The notes under the pieces are model-generated. The model was not told the origin of the DNA. It did not search any database and saw nothing but the letters and a program-made list of their open reading frames with translations. From Eledone cirrhosa (lineage: Eukaryota): a DNA stretch of 64,000 nucleotides. Location of the stretch: contig OZ024742.1 in the NCBI GenBank assembly GCA_964016885.1, positions 228,532,001 to 228,596,000 on the forward strand, written 5' to 3'. Below are positions 63,811-64,000 of this stretch, one piece after another. The position numbers were made by a program, and so were the translations under genes. Each line of letters opens with the position of its first letter. Position 1 is the stretch's first letter.

Positions 63811-64000
63811 AAATAGTTACAGGATGTTAAAAATAAAGAGCTATGATTTTGTTGTCAGAAAGTCGGAGGAGGAATTTAAAAAAAAAACCTTTTCCGGGTT
63901 CATATCCAAAATAAACTAAGCGCAGGCATGTCTGTGTGATTAAGGAGTTTACATCGCAACAATGTGGTTCTGTGTTCAGTGAAACTAGATGGCATCTTGC

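Overview
Repeat-rich eukaryotic (metazoan) DNA with no recognisable host gene. The SINE families and very high microsatellite load suggest a cephalopod such as Octopus (inference). 1-20.4 kb is a head-to-tail array of five Tx1-clade (L1 superfamily) non-LTR retrotransposon copies from at least three divergent families, joined by (TATC)n tracts, with a sixth truncated copy at 37.2-38.1 kb. 22.8-27.6 kb is a near-intact two-ORF Penelope-like element (RT + GIY-YIG, Neptune-type) on the minus strand with direct terminal repeats. 28.1-33.2 kb is a (TATG)n field packed with R4/Dong-like RLE-retrotransposon 3' ends and a hairpin-ended non-coding element. Beyond that lie Helitron remnants, two Buster-type hAT elements with 8-bp TSDs, MITEs, SINEs, fold-back repeats and microsatellites. 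Best leads: (1) in all three Tx1 families with an ORF1, a 5' splice-donor consensus sits at the end of ORF1 and the ORF2 stop TAG doubles as an acceptor-like site, so ORF2 may be a removable intron; (2) the Penelope ORF1/ORF2 junction carries an in-frame U UUU UUA slippery site plus hairpin, a candidate -1 ribosomal frameshift; (3) minimal hammerhead ribozymes, one with a compensatory U3-A8 core; (4) three retroelement classes each associated with a different microsatellite. All alignments were done by eye; repeat boundaries are approximate.
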